Position numbers and translations under genes: made by a program. A stretch of 64,000 nt of DNA from a candidate division FCPU426 bacterium (GTDB lineage: Bacteria; Oederibacteriota; Muellerivitia; Muellerivitales; Muellerivitaceae): positions 42,699 through 106,698 of the forward strand of contig CAVTWJ010000019.1 of assembly GCA_963738405.1 (NCBI GenBank). Reading direction: 5' to 3'. This document shows positions 38,082-46,862 of this stretch, in pieces. Below the pieces are notes generated by a model. That model did not search any database and was not told the origin of the DNA. It saw only the letters and a list, made by a program, of their open reading frames with translations. Numbering within the stretch: position 1 is the first letter of the stretch; the number at the start of each line of letters is the position of its first letter.

Positions 38082-38450
38082 TTAATATTTCTTTTTTTCT
38101 AAACGCTTTCGCCTGTTAGAATCCCATTCAGTTCCGCCCAAGAGCCCCAGAAATCCAAACACAACTATACCTGGAATCCCAAAGGCTGTTCCGAATGCGA
38201 CAATTCCAACCCCACCGAAAACCGCACCAAGGATCGCTCCTATCGTGCCTAAAGTGAGTTTCCCGCCCTCATCACGTACAACCTTTTTCCATATTTCCAT
38301 CCATCGCGCGCGAAAATTGGTGTTCTCTAGGCTTGCTTCAATAAACTGAGTAAACTTTTTTATTTGAAATTCCTGGAGCAAGTCTTGCAACTCCTTAATG
38401 CGATCCTTAAATCGATCTGTACTCCCGTGAAATTCTTCAATATAGCTCAT
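38082..38450 (-). CDS. Hypothetical membrane protein with a Gly-rich hydrophobic segment (locally AT-rich)
   Basis: AGGAG RBS; GTIGAILGAVFGGVGIVAFG glycine-zipper-like stretch. Confidence 0.65.
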   Translation of the reverse strand: MSYIEEFHGSTDRFKDRIKELQDLLQEFQIKKFTQFIEASLENTNFRARWMEIWKKVVRDEGGKLTLGTIGAILGAVFGGVGIVAFGTAFGIPGIVVFGFLGLLGGTEWDSNRRKRLEKKKY

Positions 38451-38534
38451 TCGGACTCCTTATGACCGACCTCTTAAATCATCGATAAATGCCTCTCCCT
38501 CGTGGACAGTCAATCCTAAAAATCGCCGATGAAA

Positions 38535-39155
38535 TTATGGCGCTGCAAAAGCCGCGCTAAAGGTTTCTCGAGCTCGTATTCTTCGGCCTGTGGCCGGGTC
38601 ATAGGCCACGGTCTCATTGTCCTTATCTCCATAAAAACTAAACTTGCGGCGATGAATGCGGGGCGGTTTTCGGTCTTCCGAGGCGTCAATATAGGTCACT
38701 ACCCAATCATGAAAGTTTTCCACAAGGCCGCAATGGGTATCGGTGTCCTTGTCGTCGATATGGCCGTCATGGTTTTTATCATAGGTCTTATTGAAAATCA
38801 AAATGTCGCCCGGCTGAATATCGGCGGCCTTGGGACGCCGGGTCTTCTTCTTTTCCAGATAGATGCGCAAGTCTTTGGTGAGGTTGTGGCCTAAAAAACT
38901 GTATTTGCTGAAAAACCGGTCCATTGCGGGCGAATGGTAGCAGGCCATTACGAAATGGGAACAGTCGATTTTCCAGTCGGACCGGGTTTGAAGGTAGTTT
39001 TCGGCGTTTTGAATGGCTTCCTGGGGAGAAGCCTGATAACCGGGGTGTTGAACCTCATACCCCACCGACGCGCAGCCCGATAAGAACCCGGCCGACAGCG
39101 CAAGTAAAAGGCCCAGGCGGAAAAACGAACCCTGGTTTTTGCTTGCTGAAACCAT
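38535..39155 (-). CDS. NlpC/P60 (CHAP-like) lipoprotein, putative cell-wall peptidase
   Basis: Lipobox LSGC; DCSHFV catalytic Cys; PGDILIF; THCGLV catalytic His. Confidence 0.75.
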   Translation of the reverse strand: MVSASKNQGSFFRLGLLLALSAGFLSGCASVGYEVQHPGYQASPQEAIQNAENYLQTRSDWKIDCSHFVMACYHSPAMDRFFSKYSFLGHNLTKDLRIYLEKKKTRRPKAADIQPGDILIFNKTYDKNHDGHIDDKDTDTHCGLVENFHDWVVTYIDASEDRKPPRIHRRKFSFYGDKDNETVAYDPATGRRIRARETFSAAFAAP

Positions 39156-41717
39156 TTATCCGCCTTGCCCCCAGCGGGAAATGAGGGCGTGGATATTGGC
39201 GAAAGCCACTGAAAGGGGAACTTCGCTGGGTGCGGCTAGGTAACGGGGCAGCCATTCGGGATTGAACCGATCCCTCTTTCGCCGGACTTCCAAGGTATGG
39301 TCATCCTTGGAATGGGGGGAAAGAAGCCCCGGCATCCACCGTTCAAAGGGAGCAAGCGGTCCTTGAGCGGTATTGAGAAGGGAAGCGTGGCCCAGATGGA
39401 ACCACTTCAGACCCTTTTTCGATGCCCAGGCCATGGCCTCCATGGTCAGGTAATCTTCCAACGCTTCCCTGTCCTCCGAATCGCATCGCAAAAGATCCAA
39501 AACCATTTCCCCCACGGCGGGGGCAATCCTCAAGCTGGCAAAGGCGGTGATTCTTCCCTCTTCTTTTACCAGGGCCAGGGGGAAATTTTGAAGATAGTCG
39601 GGGTTGAAAAAGCCGGTGGAAAACCCCTTCTCCCTAGTTTTTCGCAGGGTGAGCCATTTTTCAGAGACCGCCCTTAGCTGGGCGATGAGCTTGGAATCAT
39701 AAGGCGGCTCCAGCACCTCAAAGGCAAATTCATCTTTAGATTTGTATTGTTGGTAGGTTCCCTTTAATTCGGTGCCGGGCAAGGTTTCGGGATTAAACCC
39801 ATCAAGTTTCACCCTAGCCGCCTCGGCCACCTTAAGCACCGTCAGCCCCATATCCAGGTAAAAACTGAAATGGTCCTGGTGTACGAGATAAAAGAGCGCC
39901 CAAGCCTTCTTTTTACGGCACAGTTCCTTGAAACGCAGCGCCAGATCTTCCCTTTCTTTTTCCGGCCCCACCGGGTCACCCAGGGTCACCCAGCACCTGC
40001 CCTCGATGGCGTACATCAAAAACGCGTCTTCCTTTTTGTTAAAGAGAATGGCTTTGTCCCCTAGCAGGGAAAGATAAGCGGAAGCACGGGTTGTTTCTTT
40101 CAACAGGTTCTTAACTTTTTCCAAAATCTCATCATTCGGCAGTTCGGTTTCCGGCTGGGTGGGGGAAAGAAGCGCCGCCAGGGAAAAGATCAGCAGGACC
40201 AGGCTGGTGCCCAAGGTCGAACGGAGAAACCGGGCCGAATCAAAGGCCAGGTCGAAGGTAGTCCAAAGATCCGAGGAATAATCCTCAATCGCGTGGTATG
40301 AAAAAACCCCGACCCAGATGGAACCCAGCCACACGAAAAGTATGGCCGCTACCCAAAAGGGCGGAAATCTTTGCTGGGCCAAAGAGGATTTGCGGGGAAA
40401 AAGGCTCCGCACGGGCAATAGCAGAAGGAACAACACCAGCAGCACGATACTTTCCTTGTAATCAAAACCCTTAAAAATGCAGCCCAGCATGCCCAGGGCC
40501 GACAAAATGAGCGCCGCCGTATGGGCCCCTTCCAGTCGTTTTTGAATCCCCCGGGCTGTCAAGAGAAGCCCCGCCGCCACCAACCCCACGGTGAAATGGG
40601 ACACTTCGATCAAGGGAAGCTGGACGAATTCCCCCAGCCAGGCCATGCGCCGTGAGGATTCGGGCGTGACGTTGAAAAAGAGAAGCATGGCCCCGGCCCC
40701 GAAGGTCAAAAAGGCGAAGACGGGCGGGCCGAAATCGGGAATCCAACGGTTGAGAATTTGAAGGGCCCGGGTAAAGCCCTGGCGGTTGCGGATAATTTCC
40801 ACGATCGCGAAGGTCCCCAGGGCGATTGAGAAGGGCAGCAGGTAATAAACCAGGCGGAAGGCTAAAAGGGCGCCCAATATGTCCGGCGCGTGGAGAACTG
40901 GGGATAACAGAAGCATTACGACCGTCTCCAGGATGCCCAAGCCTCCCGGCACCTGGCTGGCGAAGCCCGCGATTTGGGCCAAGAGATAGATGGCCATGAA
41001 GGAGGGGAAAGACAATGAATTGGTGGGTAAAAGAAGGTAAAGGGCCGCGCCGGAGCAAATCCAATCCAGGCTTCCCACGGCCATTTGCCCCAAGGCGAAA
41101 CCCAGGGAGGGGGTCGGGAATTCCCATTTCCCAAGCTTCAGGGTGTGTTTGACCAGAATACTGCTGCATAGGTAAACCGCGATCAGGATCAGGCAAAAGA
41201 CCCCGGCGGAAAACACCGAATTAAAGGGCAGGTGGACGGAGGGCGGCAGTTCGGGCGGCTGAAGAAAAAAGAAGACGCTGCCCATGGTGATAAACCCCAC
41301 CCAAAAGGTCATGACGCAAAGCAAAATGACCTTGGCCGCTTCCCCGGCCGAGAGCCCCCAGGCGGAATAAAACCGGTAGCGGATGCCCCCGCCCGTCAGC
41401 ACCGAGGCCCCGATGTTGTGGCTGAAGGCGTAGGCGATGAAGGAGGTCAGGGCCGCCTTGCCGTAGGAAATATTCTTTCCCAAGTGCCGCAAGGCCAAAA
41501 AATCGTAAAGAGAAAGGGCGAAGTAGCTGCCCATGGCGGCAAGAAAGGCCAGGGAGAACTGCTGGAAGGGAATCTGGCGGAGGTAATAAAAAACCTCATC
41601 CGTATGGCTTATTTTGACTTCCCGCCGCAGGACCCAAAGGGCCGCGTAAAAGAGAAGCAGGGTAATGAGAATCCCGGCGGTCTGCATGAGCTTGCCGCGG
41701 GTGGGGGTTTGTTCCAT
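39156..41717 (-). CDS. mprF: MprF-like aminoacyl-phosphatidylglycerol flippase/synthase
   Basis: N-terminal multi-TM region (RYRFYS, PGGLGILE); C-terminal DUF2156 (LGDK, GDPVG, EKGFS, PRYL). Confidence 0.88.
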   Translation of the reverse strand: MEQTPTRGKLMQTAGILITLLLFYAALWVLRREVKISHTDEVFYYLRQIPFQQFSLAFLAAMGSYFALSLYDFLALRHLGKNISYGKAALTSFIAYAFSHNIGASVLTGGGIRYRFYSAWGLSAGEAAKVILLCVMTFWVGFITMGSVFFFLQPPELPPSVHLPFNSVFSAGVFCLILIAVYLCSSILVKHTLKLGKWEFPTPSLGFALGQMAVGSLDWICSGAALYLLLPTNSLSFPSFMAIYLLAQIAGFASQVPGGLGILETVVMLLLSPVLHAPDILGALLAFRLVYYLLPFSIALGTFAIVEIIRNRQGFTRALQILNRWIPDFGPPVFAFLTFGAGAMLLFFNVTPESSRRMAWLGEFVQLPLIEVSHFTVGLVAAGLLLTARGIQKRLEGAHTAALILSALGMLGCIFKGFDYKESIVLLVLFLLLLPVRSLFPRKSSLAQQRFPPFWVAAILFVWLGSIWVGVFSYHAIEDYSSDLWTTFDLAFDSARFLRSTLGTSLVLLIFSLAALLSPTQPETELPNDEILEKVKNLLKETTRASAYLSLLGDKAILFNKKEDAFLMYAIEGRCWVTLGDPVGPEKEREDLALRFKELCRKKKAWALFYLVHQDHFSFYLDMGLTVLKVAEAARVKLDGFNPETLPGTELKGTYQQYKSKDEFAFEVLEPPYDSKLIAQLRAVSEKWLTLRKTREKGFSTGFFNPDYLQNFPLALVKEEGRITAFASLRIAPAVGEMVLDLLRCDSEDREALEDYLTMEAMAWASKKGLKWFHLGHASLLNTAQGPLAPFERWMPGLLSPHSKDDHTLEVRRKRDRFNPEWLPRYLAAPSEVPLSVAFANIHALISRWGQGG

Positions 41718-41774
41718 AGGTTCCTATTTTTTACCACGAAGGCGGGGAAGTAAAACCTTAATGCGGATTAACTT

Positions 41775-42539
41775 TTATGGGGACAGTCTTTCCCTCTGCC
41801 ACTTGGTTCCCTTTTTAACATATCTTAAGCGGTCGTGGAGCCGGTTGGGCTTTCCACTCCAGAATTCAAACCGGTCGGGGGTGAGGCGGAAGCCTCCCCA
41901 ATAGGGCGGCCGGGGAACAGTCTTTCCCTTGAACTTTTCCTCGAACTCCTCGGTCTTCTTTTCCAAATACTCGCGATTGGGGACCCTTTGGCTCTGCCGG
42001 GAAACCCAGGCGGATATTTGGCTTCCCCTGGGGCGGGAGTGAAAATAACTGTCCGATTCCGCGGCGCTGACCCGTGCCACCCGGCCGTCCACCCGCACCT
42101 GGCGGGATAGGGTGGGCCAATAGAACAAAAGACCCGCCAGGGGCCTGCGCGCCAGCTCCCTTCCCTTTTGGCTTTCGTAATTGGTGAAGAAAACAAAACC
42201 CTTGGGGTCGAACTCTTTTAAGAGGACGGTGCGGAGAGCGGGCCTGCCGTCAAGCCCTAGGGTGGATAGTGTCATGGCGTTGGGGTCCAGCAGACGGGCC
42301 TTTAAGGTATCGCCAAACCACTGCTGAAAAAGTTTGAAGGGGTCGGGAGAGGCCGTCTCCTCTTTCAATCCCCCTCTTTTGTACTCACGCTTCACGACCG
42401 CAAGCGCCCGCAGGGCCTGCTGAAACCAGTAGCGGGAAAATTGAAAGGGGTTGGACCTGCGCCCCGGCCGCGCGAAATCGGCGTCATATTCCCGTCGAAG
42501 ACCCGACGGGACATTTTTCTTTTTGGATGTTTCTTTCAT
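41775..42539 (-). CDS. pdxH: Pyridoxamine 5'-phosphate oxidase, copy 1, with a duplicated N-terminal segment
   Basis: RTVLLK, FFTNYESQKG, RQVRV, EFWSGKPNRLHDR. Confidence 0.92.
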   Translation of the reverse strand: MKETSKKKNVPSGLRREYDADFARPGRRSNPFQFSRYWFQQALRALAVVKREYKRGGLKEETASPDPFKLFQQWFGDTLKARLLDPNAMTLSTLGLDGRPALRTVLLKEFDPKGFVFFTNYESQKGRELARRPLAGLLFYWPTLSRQVRVDGRVARVSAAESDSYFHSRPRGSQISAWVSRQSQRVPNREYLEKKTEEFEEKFKGKTVPRPPYWGGFRLTPDRFEFWSGKPNRLHDRLRYVKKGTKWQRERLSP

Positions 42540-42570
42540 GGGGAAGCTTTTCCTTCTAACGGAATTCTCT

Positions 42571-43218
42571 TTAGGGAGAAAGCCGGTCGATGAGCCATTT
42601 GCCGGAGCTTTTCAGGCGGTATCGGAACCGGTCATGCAGGCGGTCGGCCCGTCCCATCCAAAATTCAAACTCCTCGGGGACTAACCGGTATCCTCCCCAG
42701 TGCGGCGGCCGGGGCACGGGCTGCCCCCGGAATTCCTTATCATATTTTCCCATACGGTTCTCGAAAAACTCGCGTCCCGGGATCACCCGGCTTTGCACCG
42801 AAGCCCAGGCTGAAATCTGGTTGGCCCGGGGCCGAAGTGCGAAATAATCGTCCGATTCCTTGGGTGAGATTTTTTGAATTCTTCCTTCGATTCGCACCTG
42901 CCTGAACAGAGGGACCCAATAAAACAGTATCCCCCCCGAGTTCTTTTTGGCGATCTCCGTTCCCTTTTGGCTTTTGTAATTGGTGAAAAATACGAACCCC
43001 CGGGCGTCAAAACCCTTCAACAACAGGGTTCGAACCGAGGGTTTGCCGGAAACCGAAACCGTGGCCAGGGTAAAAGCGGTGGCGTCGGTATTTTTTTCTT
43101 TCAGGGCCTCCCGGAACCATTTCTGAAACAGCTGGAAGGGGTTGGGAGGGAGGCTTTTGAAGGTGATCCCCCGGCTGCGGTAATCACGTGGAAGGGTTTG
43201 AAGGGAAAGTTTGGCCAT
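42571..43218 (-). CDS. pdxH: Pyridoxamine 5'-phosphate oxidase, copy 2
   Basis: RTLLLK, FFTNYKSQKG, EFWMGRADRLHDR. Confidence 0.92.
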   Translation of the reverse strand: MAKLSLQTLPRDYRSRGITFKSLPPNPFQLFQKWFREALKEKNTDATAFTLATVSVSGKPSVRTLLLKGFDARGFVFFTNYKSQKGTEIAKKNSGGILFYWVPLFRQVRIEGRIQKISPKESDDYFALRPRANQISAWASVQSRVIPGREFFENRMGKYDKEFRGQPVPRPPHWGGYRLVPEEFEFWMGRADRLHDRFRYRLKSSGKWLIDRLSP

Positions 43219-43331
43219 GTCTGGCTCCCGTTGGAGGCATTGAATAACCCGGCTATCATAACACCTGCGTCTATTTGCCGAGTTTTCTGGGATGACAAAT
43301 CCCCCCTCTTATCCGTTACAATAGCCACGTG

Positions 43332-43367
43332 AAAAAGGCGCGCCGGTTTTCCGGGGCGCCTTTTTTT
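43332..43367. terminator. Terminator-like hairpin in a divergent intergenic region
   Basis: AAAAAGGCGCgCCGG-TTTT-CCGGgGCGCCTTTTTTT. Confidence 0.55.
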
Positions 43368-43425
43368 ACTCAGGAATCAGGGAAGCTTCTGTCCTGTAGT
43401 AATAACCAACAACTGTTAATGATCA

Positions 43426-43542
43426 CGGAGAGATGGCAGATGGTCGGTCGCACCCCGAAGGCGCGCGCGACGAAAGCCTCCATCAAGAATAAAATAAATG
43501 TTTCTTTCGTCCATGCGTCTGAAGACGCATTCTGTCTCGCCG
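43426..43542 (+). repeat. Palindromic element beginning with a copy of the tRNA-Ser 5' end
   Basis: CGGAGAGATGGCAGA-TGGTCG matches the tRNA 5' end; internal inverted repeats GACGAAAG/CTTTCGTC and ATGCGTCT-GA-AGACGCAT. Confidence 0.6.
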
Positions 43543-43583
43543 TAGGGGACGGAGAAATTACAAATGAAACTATGTTTTGACCC

Positions 43584-43673
43584 GGAGAGATGGCAGAGTG
43601 GTCGAATGCGTCTGACTCGAAATCAGATTTACGAGCGATCGTAACGGGGGTTCGAATCCCTCTCTCTCCGCCA
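43584..43673 (+). tRNA. tRNA-Ser(CGA)
   Basis: GGAGAGA acceptor stem, anticodon arm TCTGA-CTCGAAA-TCAGA, long variable arm, GGTTCGAATCC, encoded CCA. Confidence 0.96.
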
Positions 43674-43711
43674 TTAAAGCCCAGTTCCCCGTAAGGGGGG
43701 CTGGGCTTTAA
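43674..43711 (+). terminator. Hairpin directly after the tRNA
   Basis: TTAAAGCCCAGttcccc-GTAA-ggggggCTGGGCTTTAA. Confidence 0.6.
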
Positions 43712-43868
43712 TGTTGATGGGGTGGATTCGAACCTAGGTTCGCCGCCGCCTATGGCGGCGGTTCGAAAAATTCAAAAAAGAATTAAATTTTTAAATAATA
43801 TTCTTTTCGACCTGAGCGCTCTCTCCGCTCCCCAAGTCGAATAGAGCAAAACCTCTCTCTTCACAACC

Positions 43869-45977
43869 TCAATGCCCGTCATTGACCTCTGGCGCAGTCA
43901 CCGCCAGGGGCGTGGCGGTGGGCATGGGCGTCGGCACAGGCCAGCGGACCCAGGGGATATGTCCGTCCCGGATCAAGTCGTGGGCCAAAAGCTCCCCAAA
44001 GAACATATTCCCCTCCGGCGTGAGATGGTCATTGCCCCCGTTCTCGCTTAAGGGGTAAAAGGTTACGCGCAGGGCGGTCATCTCGTCGTTGGTATCCATG
44101 TGATAAATCCCATACCGCTTGCAGACATCCGCCCAGATGGAGGGATCCTCAGGATTGGGCCTGACGACCCCCGTGTGGGTCGTGCAGAGGACCAGCCGGA
44201 CAGGCTGTCCGCTGGAGGTCCGCATTTGGGAGAGCTCTTGGTTCAACAGGTTGATCGGCGCCCCGTACATTCTCACCAGCACATCGTGGAACTCGGGCTT
44301 CGAAAACAAGGAATCATTAAAAAGAAAATTGTTTTCCTGCACCGTAACCAGATTCTCCTTTTTCGCCAGGTCATAAAATTCCCGGGCCAGCCCTTCCGGT
44401 ATCCGCTTCTCGGGGGGTTTGAGCCGGTATTCCATATCCCAGGGCCAAAAGGGAATGCCGTCCTTGGTGGGCGGGCACTTGAAGTAAAAGAGGAAAGGAT
44501 AAACCGTGTAAACCGCCGGGGGCTGAAGAATCACCACCAGGTCGATGTCGTCTTTTTTGCACACATTCAGGAACCTCGTAATTGGGCCAGAGGAAAAGGG
44601 GGTCCCCCGCCGAATGGTGCAGTCCAAAAACCTCAAATTTCAGGGGCTGGTCGTCCATGGACGCGAGGGCGTTGAGTTCCAGCTCCATGCGCTTGGAGGT
44701 GCTCAAGATGCGGGGCCATCCTTCGGGAAGCCCCGGACTGGAAATCTTTACCTTGTAGGGATGGGTAACCACCATGGTGGCCCGGGAATCCCCCACGTAA
44801 AGAATACGGTAAGTATGGGGTTGTTTTTTAAGGGGATATTCGGGCTCCGCTACCCCGATGGAATTGCGGCCGTCTCCCCCTGCCGTGGGCCATCCGTAAA
44901 TATCCCGGAAGGTCAGGATCGAGTTGAATTGGGGATTATAAAAAAGAGTTTGCGTTCGTTGTTGGGGTCGCTGACAAAGCGGCCTGGAATATTCGCCGGC
45001 AGGTTGGTAAAGGGGTAGAGATTTTGGCCTGCCTCGGGAACCGGGTCTCCCCAAACGCTTACGAAAGAGACAGGCTGATTTAAATTGGAGGGCAAAAGCC
45101 TTTGGAGGGGCGCTTCCAAACTGGCTTGAAGCGCGTACAGAAACCCGTTGGTTTCCGCCAGGGATAATACGCTGGCGGTGGCGGTTAAGGGGCCCGTCAA
45201 GGTCGCCGACCCGTCCACTGTCCATTCCAAGCCAAAAACAAGGGGACTATTAAGATCCCCGACATAAAGCTTGTTCCCCGCCCCGACGGTACAAAGCGCC
45301 GTGGGGTGCAAGGGCCCCGCCGTGGTCGGCGGAATCACAGTCACCTTTTCGGTTTTCAGATCCAGCTTTCTTAGGGTTCCCGCTTCGGTGCAGGTGATGA
45401 AAAGAGAATCCACCGAACTAGCGTAAGACATATCCCGGATGCCCGCCATGGAAACCAGGCTGGCCGGACCTTCCACCTGGGTCGCGGAGGATAATCCCGC
45501 AAGCGTCGAGACCACGCCGCTTTTCAGGTCAATCAACCTTATCAGTTGGTTCCCGAAGTCATTGACCGCCAAACGATCCCCCGGCAGGTAAACCACGTTT
45601 TTAGGCTGGTTAAACTGAGCTTGGGCGAGGGTGCCGTTTTGCTTTCCGGGTTTATCCTGCCCGGAAAGGGTATCCACCGCGTTGTCGGCGTCCAAATGGA
45701 CAATGCGGATGCGGTTGTTTCCCGAATCAGCGACATAAAGTTTGGTGCTGTCGGGACTGATGGCCAGGCCCATGGGCGACTTGAAACGGGCCCGTGTGAA
45801 ACTGCCATCCTCGAATCCAACCTCGCCCGACCCCGCCACCAGGTCGATACTATAGGAAGACATGGGCTTAACGGCCCAAAGGTAGTTTGGGGAAACACAG
45901 AGAAGGATGAGGAAACAGGTCCGGAGAATGCCCGTGAAATAATTTCTAAAAATCCAGAATAGTCGTCTGAAGGCCAT
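43869..45977 (-). pseudogene. NHL-repeat + SGNH-hydrolase-like exported protein interrupted by two compensating frameshifts
   Basis: NHL repeats in ORF 44913..45977. The GDS motif (ILYVGDSR) is in another frame (ORF 44371..45225). The DHLTPEGN terminus is in ORF 43869..44636. The shifts map to 6-nt homopolymers at 44940-44945 and 44553-44558. Confidence 0.75.
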
Positions 45978-46112
45978 ATAAAACTCCTACCTAAAGTTAG
46001 GAAAGGCCAAACCGACGACATGATACCCCTCTCCGACAGGGGATAAGAACTTAATATCGGAAAGGGTTATTCTTATTAAAAAATGATATGGAACCAAAGA
46101 ATCTGAAACAGG

Positions 46113-46784
46113 CTATCGCTGGACCTTAATATTAATCATGCCGTTTTGAAGGGTTCCGTACAAGCGCACCCAAAGGGCCAGGTACATTTCGGGGCCCCGG
46201 GAGGCCGAAATATCCCCCAGATCCAAAATATCCGTCCAGCCGAAAGACTTAAGCAGATGGGCCGTTTTTTCCTTGGCGTCCTTATCGTTTCCCGCCATGA
46301 AAATCGTATGGTCCCCACCCTTGAGCGACTGGGGGTTGACCATGACGGGCGCGGCGATGGTGTTGAGTGATTTCACCACCTTCAGGTTGGGAAAGGCCTT
46401 CTGGATATTCTCGGCCACGGAACGGTCCTGGCTGGCGAAGACACCCGGCGGCATGCCCTTGCTGAAATCAAGCTCGTTGGCGGTGTCGATGATCACCTTA
46501 TAACCCACCTTATCCGCCTCAGCCATATGAAGAGCCTCCACCGAAATTTGTCCGTGGGTGGCGTTGATCAGCAAATCTCCCTGAGCCGCGGCTTCCTTGA
46601 AGGTGACGACCTTGGCCTTGTGATCCACGCTGGCCAGCCACTCGTTCAAGGTGCCCGCCATATTTTTTTTCTCGTCCAGCTTTTTCGGGTCCCGGGTTCC
46701 CAAAAACACCTCATGTCCCAGTTCCACCAGCTTTTTCCCTAAGGTTTGCGCCACGACTCCCGAACCGATGAGGCCTATTTTCAT
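46113..46784 (-). CDS. NADPH-dependent F420 reductase family oxidoreductase
   Basis: GLIGSGVV Rossmann motif; VVKSLNT; LDLG. Confidence 0.88.
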   Translation of the reverse strand: MKIGLIGSGVVAQTLGKKLVELGHEVFLGTRDPKKLDEKKNMAGTLNEWLASVDHKAKVVTFKEAAAQGDLLINATHGQISVEALHMAEADKVGYKVIIDTANELDFSKGMPPGVFASQDRSVAENIQKAFPNLKVVKSLNTIAAPVMVNPQSLKGGDHTIFMAGNDKDAKEKTAHLLKSFGWTDILDLGDISASRGPEMYLALWVRLYGTLQNGMINIKVQR

Positions 46785-46862
46785 ATTTTTCCCCTCGATG
46801 AATAATTTATTTCGGCCAATGCTATGAAGGCTTTCGAAAGGAAAGCAAGAGTCGTGGGGATT

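Noticed and set aside
43329..43580. 83-aa ORF upstream of the tRNA
   Set aside because: It runs through a terminator hairpin and a tRNA-derived palindrome and has no protein-like features.
43674..46100. Integrated prophage or genomic island at tRNA-Ser
   Set aside because: No integrase or phage genes, no clear GC shift and no distant intact attR.
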